64,000 bases of DNA from an uncultured Gemmataceae bacterium (GTDB taxonomy: Bacteria > Planctomycetota > Planctomycetia > Gemmatales > Gemmataceae). Position numbers and translations under genes: made by a program. Each line of letters starts with the position of its first letter. The stretch's first letter is position 1. The notes beneath the pieces are model-generated. The model was not told where the DNA came from, made no database searches, and saw only the letters and a program-made list of their open reading frames with translations. Shown here in pieces: positions 28,146 to 38,658 of this stretch. The stretch covers positions 1,632,001 through 1,696,000 of the forward strand of contig CAVVPN010000011.1 in assembly GCA_963750165.1 (NCBI GenBank). The letters run 5' to 3'.

Positions 28146-31100
28146 TCACTTCTCCTTGTTGACAAAATGCCGGACGGTCAGGGTATAAGCACCGCTGCCG
28201 CGCTGCTGGAAGGACGTGGCCACCAGGCGGTAGGTGCCGTCCGCCGGCGCCGTGAAGAACAGCCGGGAGTTCAGGTTGACGCCGGGTGTGATGTCGTCGT
28301 TCTCGGCCAGCACTTTCCCCTTGGCGTCTTGCACCTTCAGGAAGGTGTCGAATTGCGCACTCTCCAGGTCGATGAGGTATGCCTGGCCGGTTCGTAACTT
28401 CACCTCCTGCACGCGCTCCCGATCCCTGGCCGTCAAGTTGCCGGGGAAGCATTCCGTGCGGACCTTGGCCATCAAATCCTCGGCGAGCTGCTTCACGTCG
28501 GCCCACAACTTGGCCCAGGATTGCCGCTCTTCTGCCGACAGGTTGGCCCGCTCTTTGGCGTCACGGAAGGCTGCAAACGCTGGCTCCTGTTGCCAGGCGG
28601 CCGGGATGGTCAGCAACCCGAGCAATGCCTTGTGGTCGCGGGCCTGGAAGCGTTTGGCCCACTGTTGCAGGTCGGCTTGCAGCCAGGCGCGGGCCTGGGC
28701 GCGAAGTTTGGCCCGATTCTCATCCGTGAGCTGGCCGGGGTCGCGGCCCTTGCCGGATGCGGCCAGTGCGGCGGCGCGGGCGGCCTGATTGCGGTGGCCC
28801 TGGTTCAGGTCTTCTGCCAGTGTCGGATGGGCGGTAAAGGCGATGGCGTAGAGCCTGGAGGCGGTGGCATGGTACTGCTTGAGACGGCACAGGAGGATCA
28901 GTTGCAGCAGTTCCTGGGACTTGCCAGGGGGCTTGCCCTGTGCGAGGTAGAGGTTGAGCTTGCCTTCGAGCGCCAGGAGCTGGTCGCAGAATTGTAGTTG
29001 CTGCTGAGCGAGTTTCTGAGAGGGATGCCCAGGAGGGAGCAATTTCAGGTACTGATGGGACGCTTCGCGCGCTTCGGCGAACTGCCCGAGCTGAAGGAGG
29101 GCGATCCCCAGGCCCTGGTGAGGTTGGGCGTAGTTGGGGTCGAGGCGGATGGCCTCCCGGTAGGCGGTGATGGCGCCGACCAGGTCGTTTTTGTCGCGCA
29201 GGGCGTTCCCCAGGCCGTTGCGGGGCAGGGCGTAGTTGGGGTCGAGGCGGATGGCTTCCTGGTAGGCGGCGATGGCGCCGTCCAGGTCTTTCTTGTCGTG
29301 CAGGGCGTTCCCCAGGCCGTTGTGGGGGAAGGCGAATTTGGGGTCGAGGCGGATGGCCTCCCGGTAGGTGGCGATGGCGGCGTTCAGGTACTTCTTGTCG
29401 CGCAGGGCGTTCCCCAGGTTGTTGTGGACTTCGGCGTCTTTGGGGTCGAGGCGGATGGCTTCCCGGTAAGCGGCAATGGCGCCGTCCAGGTCTTTCTTGT
29501 CGCGCAAGGCATTCCCCAGGCCGTGGTAGGGGAAGGCCTCGCTGGGGTCGAGGCGGGTAGCATCTTTGAAGGCGGCGATGGCGCCGCCCACGTCCCCCTT
29601 GTCGCGCAGGGCAACGCCGAGGTTGTTGTGGGCCTTGGCAAACCTGGGGTCGAGGCGGATGGCCTCCCGGTAGGCGGCGATGGCGGCGTTCAGGTTCTTC
29701 TTCTCGCGCAGGGCGTTCCCCAGGTTGTAGAAGGCCAGGGAATTTTCGGGGTCGAGGCGGATGGCCTCCCGGTCGGCGGCAATGGCCCCGTCCAGGTCTT
29801 TCTTGTCGCGCAGGACGTTCCCCAGATTGAAGTGGGCCAGAGCGTACTTGGGGTCGAGGCGGATGGCCTTCCGGTAGGCGGCAATGGCCCCATCCAGGTC
29901 TTTCTTGTCGCGCAGAGCGTTCCCCAGGCCGTTGTGGGGGAGGGCATACTTGGAGTCAAGGCGGATGGCCTCCCGGTAAGCGGCAATGGCCCCGTCCAGG
30001 TCTTTCTTGTCGCGCAGGGCGTTCCCCAGGTTGTTGTGGGCGTAAGCGTAGTTGGGGTCGAGGCGGATGGCTTCCTGGTAGGCGGCAATGGCCCCGTCCA
30101 GGTCTTTCTTGTCGCGCAGGGCGTTCCCCAGGTCGTTATGGGCAAGGACGAAGCTGCGGTCGAGGCGGATGGCCTCCCGATAGGCGGCGATGGCCCCGTC
30201 CAGGTCCTGCTTGTTGCGTAAAACGTTTCCCAGGAAGAAGTGGGGTAAAGCCAATTTGGGGTCGATCTTGATGGCCCCGCGGAAAGCGGCGAAGGCGCCA
30301 GCCTGGTCCCCCTTGTCGCGCAAGGCATACCCCAGGCCGATGTGGGACGGGACGAATTTGGGGTCTCGGCGGATGGATTCCCGGAAGACGGCAATGGCGC
30401 CGTCCAGGTCTTTCTTGCTATGCAGGGCAACCCCCAATCCGCAAAGGCTAATGGCATTTTTGGGCTCAAGGTGGATGGCATCCTGGAAGGCGGCAATGGC
30501 CCCCTCCAGGTCCTTCTTTTGGTGCAAAGCAATTCCCAGGTCAAATCGCGCCGCAACATTGAGCGGACGAATCGCGACCGCCGCCTGAAACCACCGCACC
30601 CCGTCCTCCGCACCCTCCCGCTGGGTGATCGAGTAGTGTGAAATGCCCAGCTCCATGTTCAGCGTCAAGTCCCTCGGGTGGGCCCGTTGCGCGGCCTGTA
30701 GCACCGCCCGCCGCCGCAATGCGGGAATCTGCCGGTCCTGACCCAGGGCGGCCGCGAAGCGCGGGGGCTGGGCCAACGCCTCGGGGCGTCCGGCCAACTC
30801 CACCAACCGCTTCCCATCCCTGGCCGCCAGCGCATCGCGCACGGATTCCCGGTACGGATTCGGGTCGGCCTCCCGCAGCACCGCGCGCACCCACGCCGTC
30901 GGTTCGGCCAGCAGCCACAGGTCCAGCACCAGCAACAGCCGGTCCCGCAGCACGGACCCGTCAATTCGGGCGGCAGCTTCTCTCCCCGACTCCTGCCCGG
31001 CCGCCAACCCGTAGTCCGCCAGTGCCGCCCGCCAGCGCGACGCCACCGCCTTCGGCTCGGGTAACTTGTTCTCGACGAACGTCCAGCGGAACGTGTCGAT

Positions 31101-32651
31101 GAGGTCCAGTTCTCGCTGTAGCGCCAGAGCGGCCCGGCAGCGTTCGGCCCGCGCGTGCAGCCCCTCGCTGCCCGCCTCCTTCAGCCGCCGTTCCGCCGGC
31201 CCCGGCGCCGCCGCCGCCAGTTCCGTGTCGTTGTCCCGCAGTGCTGTCTCGCAGCGGCCCAGCAAATCCGTTATCGCTTCACCGTTGCGCTCCCGCCGTT
31301 CCCACTCCGCCTGCCACCAGAAGGCCGCGGCGCCACAGCCCAGCACCAGCACCAGCAGCGCCGCCACCAGCGCCGCCTGCGCGGGGCGACGGCGGCACCA
31401 GCGCCACGTCTTCTCCAGCGCTCCCGCCGGCCGCGCCAGGATCGTCTTGCCATCCAGGAACCGTTGCAAGTCCTCCGCCAACGCCAGCGCACTGCCGTAG
31501 CGCTTGCCCGGCTGCTTGTGCAGGCACTTCAGGCAGATCGTCTCCAGGTCGCGCGGCGTCCTCGGCTGCAAGCGCCGCAGCGGCACCGGGTCGTCGGCCA
31601 CCACCTGCGCCAGCGTTTCCAGCGCCGTGGCGGCGATGAACGGCGGCCGGCCCGTCAGGCACTCGTACAGCACCGCTCCCAGCGCGTACACGTCCGCCAG
31701 CGGCCCAACCGCCTTCAGGTCGCCGCGCGCCTGCTCCGGGGCCATGTAACTCGGCGTGCCGACGACGGCCCCGCTCTGCGTCTGCTGCGCCCCGGAGTCT
31801 AGCTGCTTTGCCAGGCCGAAGTCGCTGACCTTGGGCGTGCCATCCTCCGTCAGCAGGACGTTCTGCGGCTTCAGATCGCGGTGGACGATGTGCTTCTCAT
31901 GGGCCGCCGCCAGCGCCCGGGCCAGCGTCTCCACCAGGCGGGCGGCGTCGCGCGGCGGCAACGGCGTGCCGTCCAGCTTGCGGGCCAGGCTGCCGCCGGC
32001 GCAATACTCCAGGGTAAAAAACGGCAGGCCGTCGCACTCGCCCACTTCGTGGATCAGCACAATATTGGGGTGTTGCAGCCGCGCGACGGTCTCCGCCTCG
32101 GTGCGGAACCGCCTCAGGTCCGCCGTACTCACCTGCGCGTCGCCCTTGATTCGCTTCAACGCCACCAGCCGGTTCAATTGCAAGTGCCGGGCCTGGTAGA
32201 CGATGCCCATGCCGCCCTCGCCCAGCACCGATAGCACCTCGTAACCCGGCACCTCCGGCAACCCCGCCGCCACGGCCGGAGAACGCGGCTTGCCGCGGTC
32301 CGCCGCCGTCGAGGCCGCCAGGCGCTCGGCCAGGCGCCCGACCAGCGCGGGGAAGTGCCCGACATAATCCGCCGCCGTGGGCTGTTCCCCGCGCCCGAGC
32401 CGTGTGCGCCAGTCCGCCACGAGCAGTTCGAGGACCAGTTCCTCGTCCCGCTCCAGCTCGGGGAACGGCGTCAGGTAGGCGTCCACGCTGATCGGAAGAC
32501 CGCGCTTGCGGCGGTACTCCAGGTCGATGTGTACCAGCTCGCCGGCAATCGCGGCGCGGTCGGCGGCGTCGGGCGGCACGAAGTCCTGCACCCGCGGCGT
32601 TTCTCCCTTCTGATGGGCCGCTTCAAAGGCGTAAACGATCTGCGAGAGCAT
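28146..32651 (-). CDS. Hanks-type Ser/Thr kinase with TM, about 15 TPRs and C-terminal PPC-like domain
   Basis: LGEGGMGIVY, HRDLKPQN, DFG, GTPSYMAPE; 34-aa LGNALRDKKDLDGAIAAYREAIRLDP repeats; FDTFL...AENDD...NSRL. Confidence 0.95.
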   Translation of the reverse strand: MLSQIVYAFEAAHQKGETPRVQDFVPPDAADRAAIAGELVHIDLEYRRKRGLPISVDAYLTPFPELERDEELVLELLVADWRTRLGRGEQPTAADYVGHFPALVGRLAERLAASTAADRGKPRSPAVAAGLPEVPGYEVLSVLGEGGMGIVYQARHLQLNRLVALKRIKGDAQVSTADLRRFRTEAETVARLQHPNIVLIHEVGECDGLPFFTLEYCAGGSLARKLDGTPLPPRDAARLVETLARALAAAHEKHIVHRDLKPQNVLLTEDGTPKVSDFGLAKQLDSGAQQTQSGAVVGTPSYMAPEQARGDLKAVGPLADVYALGAVLYECLTGRPPFIAATALETLAQVVADDPVPLRRLQPRTPRDLETICLKCLHKQPGKRYGSALALAEDLQRFLDGKTILARPAGALEKTWRWCRRRPAQAALVAALLVLVLGCGAAAFWWQAEWERRERNGEAITDLLGRCETALRDNDTELAAAAPGPAERRLKEAGSEGLHARAERCRAALALQRELDLIDTFRWTFVENKLPEPKAVASRWRAALADYGLAAGQESGREAAARIDGSVLRDRLLLVLDLWLLAEPTAWVRAVLREADPNPYRESVRDALAARDGKRLVELAGRPEALAQPPRFAAALGQDRQIPALRRRAVLQAAQRAHPRDLTLNMELGISHYSITQREGAEDGVRWFQAAVAIRPLNVAARFDLGIALHQKKDLEGAIAAFQDAIHLEPKNAISLCGLGVALHSKKDLDGAIAVFRESIRRDPKFVPSHIGLGYALRDKGDQAGAFAAFRGAIKIDPKLALPHFFLGNVLRNKQDLDGAIAAYREAIRLDRSFVLAHNDLGNALRDKKDLDGAIAAYQEAIRLDPNYAYAHNNLGNALRDKKDLDGAIAAYREAIRLDSKYALPHNGLGNALRDKKDLDGAIAAYRKAIRLDPKYALAHFNLGNVLRDKKDLDGAIAADREAIRLDPENSLAFYNLGNALREKKNLNAAIAAYREAIRLDPRFAKAHNNLGVALRDKGDVGGAIAAFKDATRLDPSEAFPYHGLGNALRDKKDLDGAIAAYREAIRLDPKDAEVHNNLGNALRDKKYLNAAIATYREAIRLDPKFAFPHNGLGNALHDKKDLDGAIAAYQEAIRLDPNYALPRNGLGNALRDKNDLVGAITAYREAIRLDPNYAQPHQGLGIALLQLGQFAEAREASHQYLKLLPPGHPSQKLAQQQLQFCDQLLALEGKLNLYLAQGKPPGKSQELLQLILLCRLKQYHATASRLYAIAFTAHPTLAEDLNQGHRNQAARAAALAASGKGRDPGQLTDENRAKLRAQARAWLQADLQQWAKRFQARDHKALLGLLTIPAAWQQEPAFAAFRDAKERANLSAEERQSWAKLWADVKQLAEDLMAKVRTECFPGNLTARDRERVQEVKLRTGQAYLIDLESAQFDTFLKVQDAKGKVLAENDDITPGVNLNSRLFFTAPADGTYRLVATSFQQRGSGAYTLTVRHFVNKEK

Positions 32652-32690
32652 GGCGCGTTCCTCGGTACATGAGGTCTGGAGGTTGCGAAC

Positions 32691-33317
32691 CTACCCCGGC
32701 AGTCCGGATTCCAGCCCCGGAGGGGCCAACCCGGCGATCTCGGCGTACAGGTCCCGGATTTTGTGCAGAACACGCTTGACCGTGCGCTCACTCAACTGGA
32801 CCTGATCGGCGATATCCTTGACCAGATAGCCGCCCAGGTGCATGGCCAGCACCTGCTGTTGCCGCTCGTCCCCCAGGCGCACGGCGATCAACTCGGTGGT
32901 CTCGGCAGCGGCGGCCTCCTCGTCGGGTGCGGGCGCGTCCCCCGGCAATTCCCAGCCCGCGGGGGGCCCCGCCAGCGAGGTTTCTCGGGCGGCGTCGCGC
33001 TTCTGGCTGTGGCTGCGCTCGAGCAGATCATGGAGTTTGCAGACGGCGATGCGCGCCAGCAGCGGCCACAGACTGTTGCGGTCGTCGAGGTCGAGCCGGC
33101 CTTCGCCGTAGCCGCGGAGAAAGCTGGCCCACGCCGACTGCGCGAGGTCGGCCGGTTCCACGCGCTGGCAAAGGTAGGCCGGGAGGCGCTTGCGCAGCAG
33201 GCTGATCATGCGCAGCAGGTAGCGCTCGTACGCCGTGGTCAGAGCCCGGCGGCGCGGTTCATCGCCGGACTGCTGCAGGTCGGCCAGGATGCGGATGGAT
33301 TCGGCGGGGCTTGGCAT
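32691..33317 (-). CDS. ECF sigma factor (planctomycete kinase-associated type)
   Basis: DLAQSAWASF, LWPLLARIA, QKRD, IADQVQLSERTVKR. Confidence 0.9.
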   Translation of the reverse strand: MPSPAESIRILADLQQSGDEPRRRALTTAYERYLLRMISLLRKRLPAYLCQRVEPADLAQSAWASFLRGYGEGRLDLDDRNSLWPLLARIAVCKLHDLLERSHSQKRDAARETSLAGPPAGWELPGDAPAPDEEAAAAETTELIAVRLGDERQQQVLAMHLGGYLVKDIADQVQLSERTVKRVLHKIRDLYAEIAGLAPPGLESGLPG

Positions 33318-33498
33318 GGGCGGTCGTCCTCACTTTTCCGGCGATGGTAGCAATCCCCCAGCGCTCTGTAAAGTTGTTGGGAAAAAATTCGCGGCGTCTG
33401 GCCCCGTTCGCGGCCGCCCCCGGACTCCCTGGGTGAGAACGCACGGCGGACGTGACCGCCGGCAACACGCCTGGCCCTTGACCGCGAAGGAGATTCCG

Positions 33499-34155
33499 AT
33501 GACGCAGCAGCTGACCTCCCGCCGGACGACTCTGAGCCTGGAGCACCTGGAACGCCGCGACCTGCCGGCCACCCTGGGCAGCGTGGCGACCGCCCTGGCC
33601 GCCCAGATCCGCACCGACGCCCAGGTCCTGGTCCGCGATGTCGCCACCCTCGAATCGGCCCGGCCGACCATCGCCATCAACGCGCTCACGCGGGATCTGG
33701 TGGCGCTGAGCAACGACGACCTCCGCGGCAGCATCGACGCAGTGTTCTCGGATACCACCCGGCTCCTGGGCGACCTGCGGACGGAGGCGGTGCTGATCTC
33801 GGCCTACCACCTGCCGCAAAGCTCGGCCCTGAACAACATCGCCGTGCAGCGCGATTTCATCCGCGTCGCCGCCGACAAGCAGGCGGTCGTTCAGCTGGTC
33901 AACTACGTACACCAGCACCCGAACCAGCCCGCGCCGACCGCGAACTCGAACCTGTTGAGCGTGGCCACCTCGATCGGGGGGATCAGCAGCAGCGTGCAGT
34001 CGATTCTGAACCAGGAGTATCAGAACGCGTTGAACACCTACCATCCGGGCCAGGGCAACAGCAATTCCTACCTGAGCGCTCAGGAGGGGATTCTGGACTC
34101 CGGCCAGCACTTTTCCGACATCGTCAACAGCACCGATTTCGGCGGCGGGTCGTGA
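33499..34155 (+). CDS. Hypothetical exported protein with planctomycete 'LExLExR-LP' N-terminal motif
   Basis: AAGGAG SD; RRTTLSLEHLERRDLPA. Confidence 0.8.
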   Translation: MTQQLTSRRTTLSLEHLERRDLPATLGSVATALAAQIRTDAQVLVRDVATLESARPTIAINALTRDLVALSNDDLRGSIDAVFSDTTRLLGDLRTEAVLISAYHLPQSSALNNIAVQRDFIRVAADKQAVVQLVNYVHQHPNQPAPTANSNLLSVATSIGGISSSVQSILNQEYQNALNTYHPGQGNSNSYLSAQEGILDSGQHFSDIVNSTDFGGGS

Positions 34156-34378
34156 TGAGGGTCTGAGGATGGTTGGACCGGCGAACCGCTCACCAGCGAT
34201 TCGCCGGTTTTTTTCTGAGGCGAAACTGCCACAAGGAACTGTGGAAAACAACTCGCGCAACAGGCGCCGAAGCGTCGTTTTGCATTGTGTTCGCAGTGGT
34301 TTTCCACCGCGAATGCGCGGTTTTGCTGGCGCGTGGACGGCAACACTGCCCTCCGCCAAGAGCCAGACGAGGACCAAA

Positions 34379-34528
34379 GGGCGCCCGATCTCGACGTATG
34401 AAAAAGTTGGCGTTCCTGGCGTTCTTGGCGTCCTTGATTGGTCAGTCGGCGTCATCGAGCGACGCGCTGTGCCAGCAAGAGGGTCAAATCGCGACGTGTG
34501 AACAAGTTGGCTCCCCTGGCTCCCTTGG
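34379..34528 (-). repeat. Two further copies of the GCCAAG-triplet / CTTTTTCATACGTCGAGA repeat
   Basis: Reverse complement matches 15997-16175; second copy degenerate. Confidence 0.75.
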
Positions 34529-34690
34529 TGTGACGGGCGGCGCCGCCGGAAGCCCGGCCGTGCCACCTGTCGGGGCCTTCCATCCTGGGTGTGGATCAAT
34601 ACACTGCCCCATAATGCACTTGCGCGTTCCCGCCGGGACTGCTCGCTGCGCGGTGCCCCCAACCTTGCACACCGAGGAAACCGCATTGCA

Positions 34691-35515
34691 ATGAGCACGC
34701 AGACGATCCATCACGCATACAACGACGTGGTCGCCTCGCATTACGACCTCGACCCGCAGGGCGTCATCAACCGCGCGCTGGACCGGGCGGTCGCCCAGCT
34801 GCGGAAGCGGGGCCTCATTGGCGACGACGCGAGGCCATTGAAGGTGCTCGATCTGGGCATGGGCACCGGCCTGTTCCTGGCCAAGCTGAAGGCACTCGGC
34901 GGCGACCGCGTGCAGCCGTTTGGCCTCGACCTGGCCGAGAACATGGTCGAAAGCGCCCGCCGCAAGCTCCCCGACCTGACCGCGGAGGTCGGCGACGCCG
35001 CCCGCCTCGACGCCCACTTCCCGGGCCAGTCGTTCGACTGCGTTTCGACCGATTTCGTCACCGGCTTCGTGTCCATGACTGTGCTGGCCCCGAAAATCTG
35101 GGACCGGCTCGAGGAGGGCGGTTACTGGTCGCTCGTCGGCGGCACCAAGGCGGGCTACCCGGCACTGCGGGCCAAAACGGACTCGAAATGGCTGCGGCGG
35201 CTGGCCGGCGCCGGCTCGCGCAGCATTGACGACGAGTTCATCAACCCGGCCGATCTCGCCGAGGTCGGCCGCACGTTCACGGCTCATGGCTTCGAGCTGT
35301 GCGAGGGCGAAACCTTTGAGCCGGAACTGGACTTCCCGAACTTCGAGGTCTTCATGGAATACGCCTACCAGGGCGGCTGGCTCACGCCCGTGATCGAGGC
35401 GGTCGGCCTCCACAAGGCCGGCTTCCTCAAGCGCTGGGCGCTCAACCGCCTGGTGTTCCCGCTCAAGGACCGTCACAGTATCGTCATCGCGCTGGCCCGC
35501 AAGGTGCGGAAATAA
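34691..35515 (+). CDS. Class I SAM-dependent methyltransferase
   Basis: VLDLGMGTG, GLDLAENMV, GDA, SFDCV. Confidence 0.9.
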   Translation: MSTQTIHHAYNDVVASHYDLDPQGVINRALDRAVAQLRKRGLIGDDARPLKVLDLGMGTGLFLAKLKALGGDRVQPFGLDLAENMVESARRKLPDLTAEVGDAARLDAHFPGQSFDCVSTDFVTGFVSMTVLAPKIWDRLEEGGYWSLVGGTKAGYPALRAKTDSKWLRRLAGAGSRSIDDEFINPADLAEVGRTFTAHGFELCEGETFEPELDFPNFEVFMEYAYQGGWLTPVIEAVGLHKAGFLKRWALNRLVFPLKDRHSIVIALARKVRK

Positions 35516-35560
35516 CGCCGTTCGCCCGGCGTCCGAGGTACGCGCTCTCCGGAGAACTCC

Positions 35561-36847
35561 ATGCGTGTCGCCATCATCGCGGAAGTGTTCCTGCCCAAGA
35601 TCGACGGCGTCGTCAGCCGGACGTTGAACCTGATCCGGCACCTGGCCCGATCCGGCGACGAGTTGCTCATCGTCTGCCCCGACGCCCGCGGTCTGACCGA
35701 GAGCCCGGCGCCGGTCCTGGCGGTGCCGAGCTTCTCGTTCCCGTTCTACCCCGAGTACCGCATCGGCCTGCCGGATCGGCGGCTGGCTCGCGCCCTGAAG
35801 CGCTTCGCCCCCGATGTGCTGCACTACATCAACCCGTTCGGCTTCGGCTTCCGCTGCCATGACGCGCTGCGGCGCGCGTGTCTGCGGGTGCCGACCGTCT
35901 TCTCGTTCCACACCCTCTACGGCGAGTTCGTCAAGCGCTACAAGGGGCTCGAGCCGCTGTCGCGTCTGCTGTGGTGGCTGACACGCAACTACCACAACCG
36001 CGCCAACTTCAACCTCACAGTCTCGCCGGCCATGCAGGCCGACCTGGCCCGGCGCGGCTTCCACCGCGTCGAGCTGTGGCCGCCGGCCGTGGACAGCGAG
36101 CTGTTCAGCCCCGGCCGCGCCAGCCCAGCGATGCGCGCCCGCCTCACGGGTGGGCGCCCGGAGCGGCCGCTGCTGCTGACCGTCTCACGGCTGGCGCCTG
36201 AGAAGAATGTCGGCTTCCTGGCCGGCGTGATCCGGCAGCTGCCCGGGGTTTGCTTCGCGGTCGTCGGCGACGGCCCGGCCCGGCCGGATCTGGAGCGTGC
36301 CTTCGCCGGCAGCGACACCCGCTTCCTGGGCTACCTGAAGGGGGAAGAGCTGGCGACCGCCTACGCCTCCGCCGACGCCTTCGTGTACGCTTCCGAAACG
36401 GAGACGATGGGCAACGTCGTGCTGGAGGCGATGGCCTGCGGCCGTGCCGTGGTGGTGCCGAACGCGGGCGGCATTCCGAACCTGGTGGCGCACGGGACCA
36501 CCGGCTTCCTGTACCCGCCGCGAGACTTGCCGGAAGCGGTGCGGCAGGTCCGGGCGCTGCTGATGGAAGAGGCGCTGCGGGCCCGCGTCGGCCAGGCCGC
36601 CCGGCTGGCGATTGAGGAGCGCAACTGGGAGCATTCGGTCGGCCGGGTGCGCGAGGTCTACGCCGAGGCGATCCGTTCCGGCAACCCCACGGCCACCTGG
36701 ACCTGGTGCGAGAGCGTGGCTCAGGTCACCATGACCGCCCTGGTGTCCGCGTTCCGGGTGGTGCCCCCCAAGAAGAAACGGCCCGCCCTGGCTCAACCAG
36801 CCGCCGTCCCCCAGCCCGACGACGCCCTCGTATCGGCGCTCGTGTAA
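35561..36847 (+). CDS. GT4 glycosyltransferase (SqdX / sulfoquinovosyltransferase-like)
   Basis: EVFLPKIDGV, FPFYPE, SFHT, RLAPEKN, GDGP, ETMGNVVLEAMACG. Confidence 0.9.
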   Translation: MRVAIIAEVFLPKIDGVVSRTLNLIRHLARSGDELLIVCPDARGLTESPAPVLAVPSFSFPFYPEYRIGLPDRRLARALKRFAPDVLHYINPFGFGFRCHDALRRACLRVPTVFSFHTLYGEFVKRYKGLEPLSRLLWWLTRNYHNRANFNLTVSPAMQADLARRGFHRVELWPPAVDSELFSPGRASPAMRARLTGGRPERPLLLTVSRLAPEKNVGFLAGVIRQLPGVCFAVVGDGPARPDLERAFAGSDTRFLGYLKGEELATAYASADAFVYASETETMGNVVLEAMACGRAVVVPNAGGIPNLVAHGTTGFLYPPRDLPEAVRQVRALLMEEALRARVGQAARLAIEERNWEHSVGRVREVYAEAIRSGNPTATWTWCESVAQVTMTALVSAFRVVPPKKKRPALAQPAAVPQPDDALVSALV

Positions 36848-36866
36848 TCCCGACTTCGCACGCACC

Positions 36867-36912
36867 CCGTGTATGTTTCGCGCGGCCTCGACAGCGCGCG
36901 AAACATACACGG
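36867..36912. terminator. Long hairpin after the glycosyltransferase
   Basis: CCGTGTATGTTTCGCGCG...CGCGCGAAACATACACGG. Confidence 0.6.
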
Positions 36913-36938
36913 GCCTGTTTTTCGGGCTGCTCCAGTGG

Positions 36939-36954
36939 CGGCACGGGATGTGCT
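36939..36954 (+). promoter_or_regulatory. Candidate sigma54 promoter for the KaiC-kinase operon
   Basis: CGGCACG-GGAT-GTGCT (GG-N10-GC). Confidence 0.5.
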
Positions 36955-37145
36955 TTCTCCACTCATATTCGCGGCCGCTGTTTCCAGGTCGGCGGTTGAC
37001 CAGGCCCCCGCTTCACTCGGCCGCAGATGGTTCGAAAATAGGCCCGGCAGCGGCGGCTTGTGGAGTCCTGCCCAGCGACGGCTCGTTCCCGCTTCCTCCC
37101 TGCCGCAACCGCACCATCCACCGACGGTCCAGAGAGGTCGATTTG

Positions 37146-38658
37146 ATGAACGCTGTCTCGCGTTTACCCGATCCGGCCCCCGAACCCCGGGCCACGACCG
37201 GCATTGATGGTTTTGACGACATTCTCGGGGGCGGCTTCACTCCCCAGCGGCTGTACCTGCTCGAGGGTGTGCCCGGCTCCGGCAAGACCACGCTGGCGCT
37301 GCAATTCTTGCTGGAGGGCGTCCGCCGCGGCGAGCCGGTCCTGTACGTGACTCTCTCGGAAACGGAAGCCGAACTCCGCGGAGTGGCCGCCTCACACGGC
37401 TGGTCGCTCGACGGCATCACCATCCGCGAACTGGTCCCGAGTGAAGATAGTCTGCGGCCCGACGACCAGTACACCATGTTTCACCCCTCGGAGGTGGAAC
37501 TGAGCGAGACGACCAGGACGATCCTGGCGGAAGTGGAACAGCTCAAGCCGGCGCGGGTGGTGTTTGATTCGTTCTCGGAGTTGCGCCTGCTGGCAGGCAA
37601 CCCGCTCCGCTACCGCCGGCAAATCCTCGCCCTCAAGCAGTTCTTCAGCGGCCGCAGTTGCACCGTCCTGATGCTGGACGACCTGACCAGCGCGAACCAC
37701 GACCTGCAGGTCCAGAGCATCGCGCACGGCGTGGTGCGGCTGGAGCAGTTGAATCCGGAATACGGGTCGGAGCGACGGCGGCTGATCGTGCTCAAATTCC
37801 GAGGTGCCCGCTTCCGGGGCGGTTATCACGATTACGTCATCCACCGGGGCGGCATCGAGGTCTTTCCGCGGTTGGTCGCAGTCGAACACCGCCTCGCCGC
37901 GACCATGGAAAAGCTCGCCAGCGGCATCGCCGAGATGGACATCCTGCTCGGCGGTGGCATCGAGCGCGGCACCAGCACACTGATCGTAGGCGCAGCGGGC
38001 ACCGGCAAGTCGTCGCTCGCCACGCAGTTCGTGGCAGCGGCGGCCGCGCGCGGCCAGCGGTCGGCCCTGTTCATCTTCGACGAAAGCACCAACACGCTGT
38101 TGACCCGCTCCGCCGGACTCGGCATGGACCTGCAGCCCTACCTGGCTGACGGCCGCGTGACCGTGCAACAGGTGGACCCCGCCGAGTTGTCGCCGGGTGA
38201 GTTCGTCCACGCCATCCGCCGGGCCGTCGAACGCCAGGGCGTTTCCATCGTGATGATCGACAGCCTGAACGGCTACCTCAACGCCATGCCTGGGGAGCGC
38301 TTCCTCATCATCCAGTTGCACGAACTCCTGACGTACCTGGGCCATGCGGGCATCGCCACGCTTCTGATCGGCGCCCACCAGGGGCTGGTTGGCGGTCAGA
38401 TGATCGCCCCCGTGGACGCCAGTTACCTGGCCGACACGGTGATCCTGATCCGCTACTACGAAACACGCGGGGAAGTCCACCAGGCGATCTCGGTCGTCAA
38501 AAAGCGCAGCGGCGCACGAGCGGACCATCCGCGACTTTCAGTTGGCGGACGGCCGCCTCAGCGTCGGGCAACCGCTGCGCAATTTCCGCGGCGTGCTCAC
38601 CGGAGTGCCGATCGTGGAGGGGGCGGCCGACCCGTTGCGCGAAGGGAAACTCTCGTGA
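37146..38658 (+). CDS. KaiC-like double-domain ATPase (frameshift near 38516)
   Basis: GVPGSGKT and GAAGTGKS Walker A; shifted frame gives ERTIRDFQLADGRLSVGQPLRNFRGVLTGVP ending at TGA 38658. Confidence 0.9.

Noticed and set aside
29050..30560. TPR repeats (and the LRR repeats at 4290-5420) as CRISPR or DGR template/variable repeats
   Set aside because: They are in-frame coding repeats. There is no reverse transcriptase and no evident adenine-specific variation.
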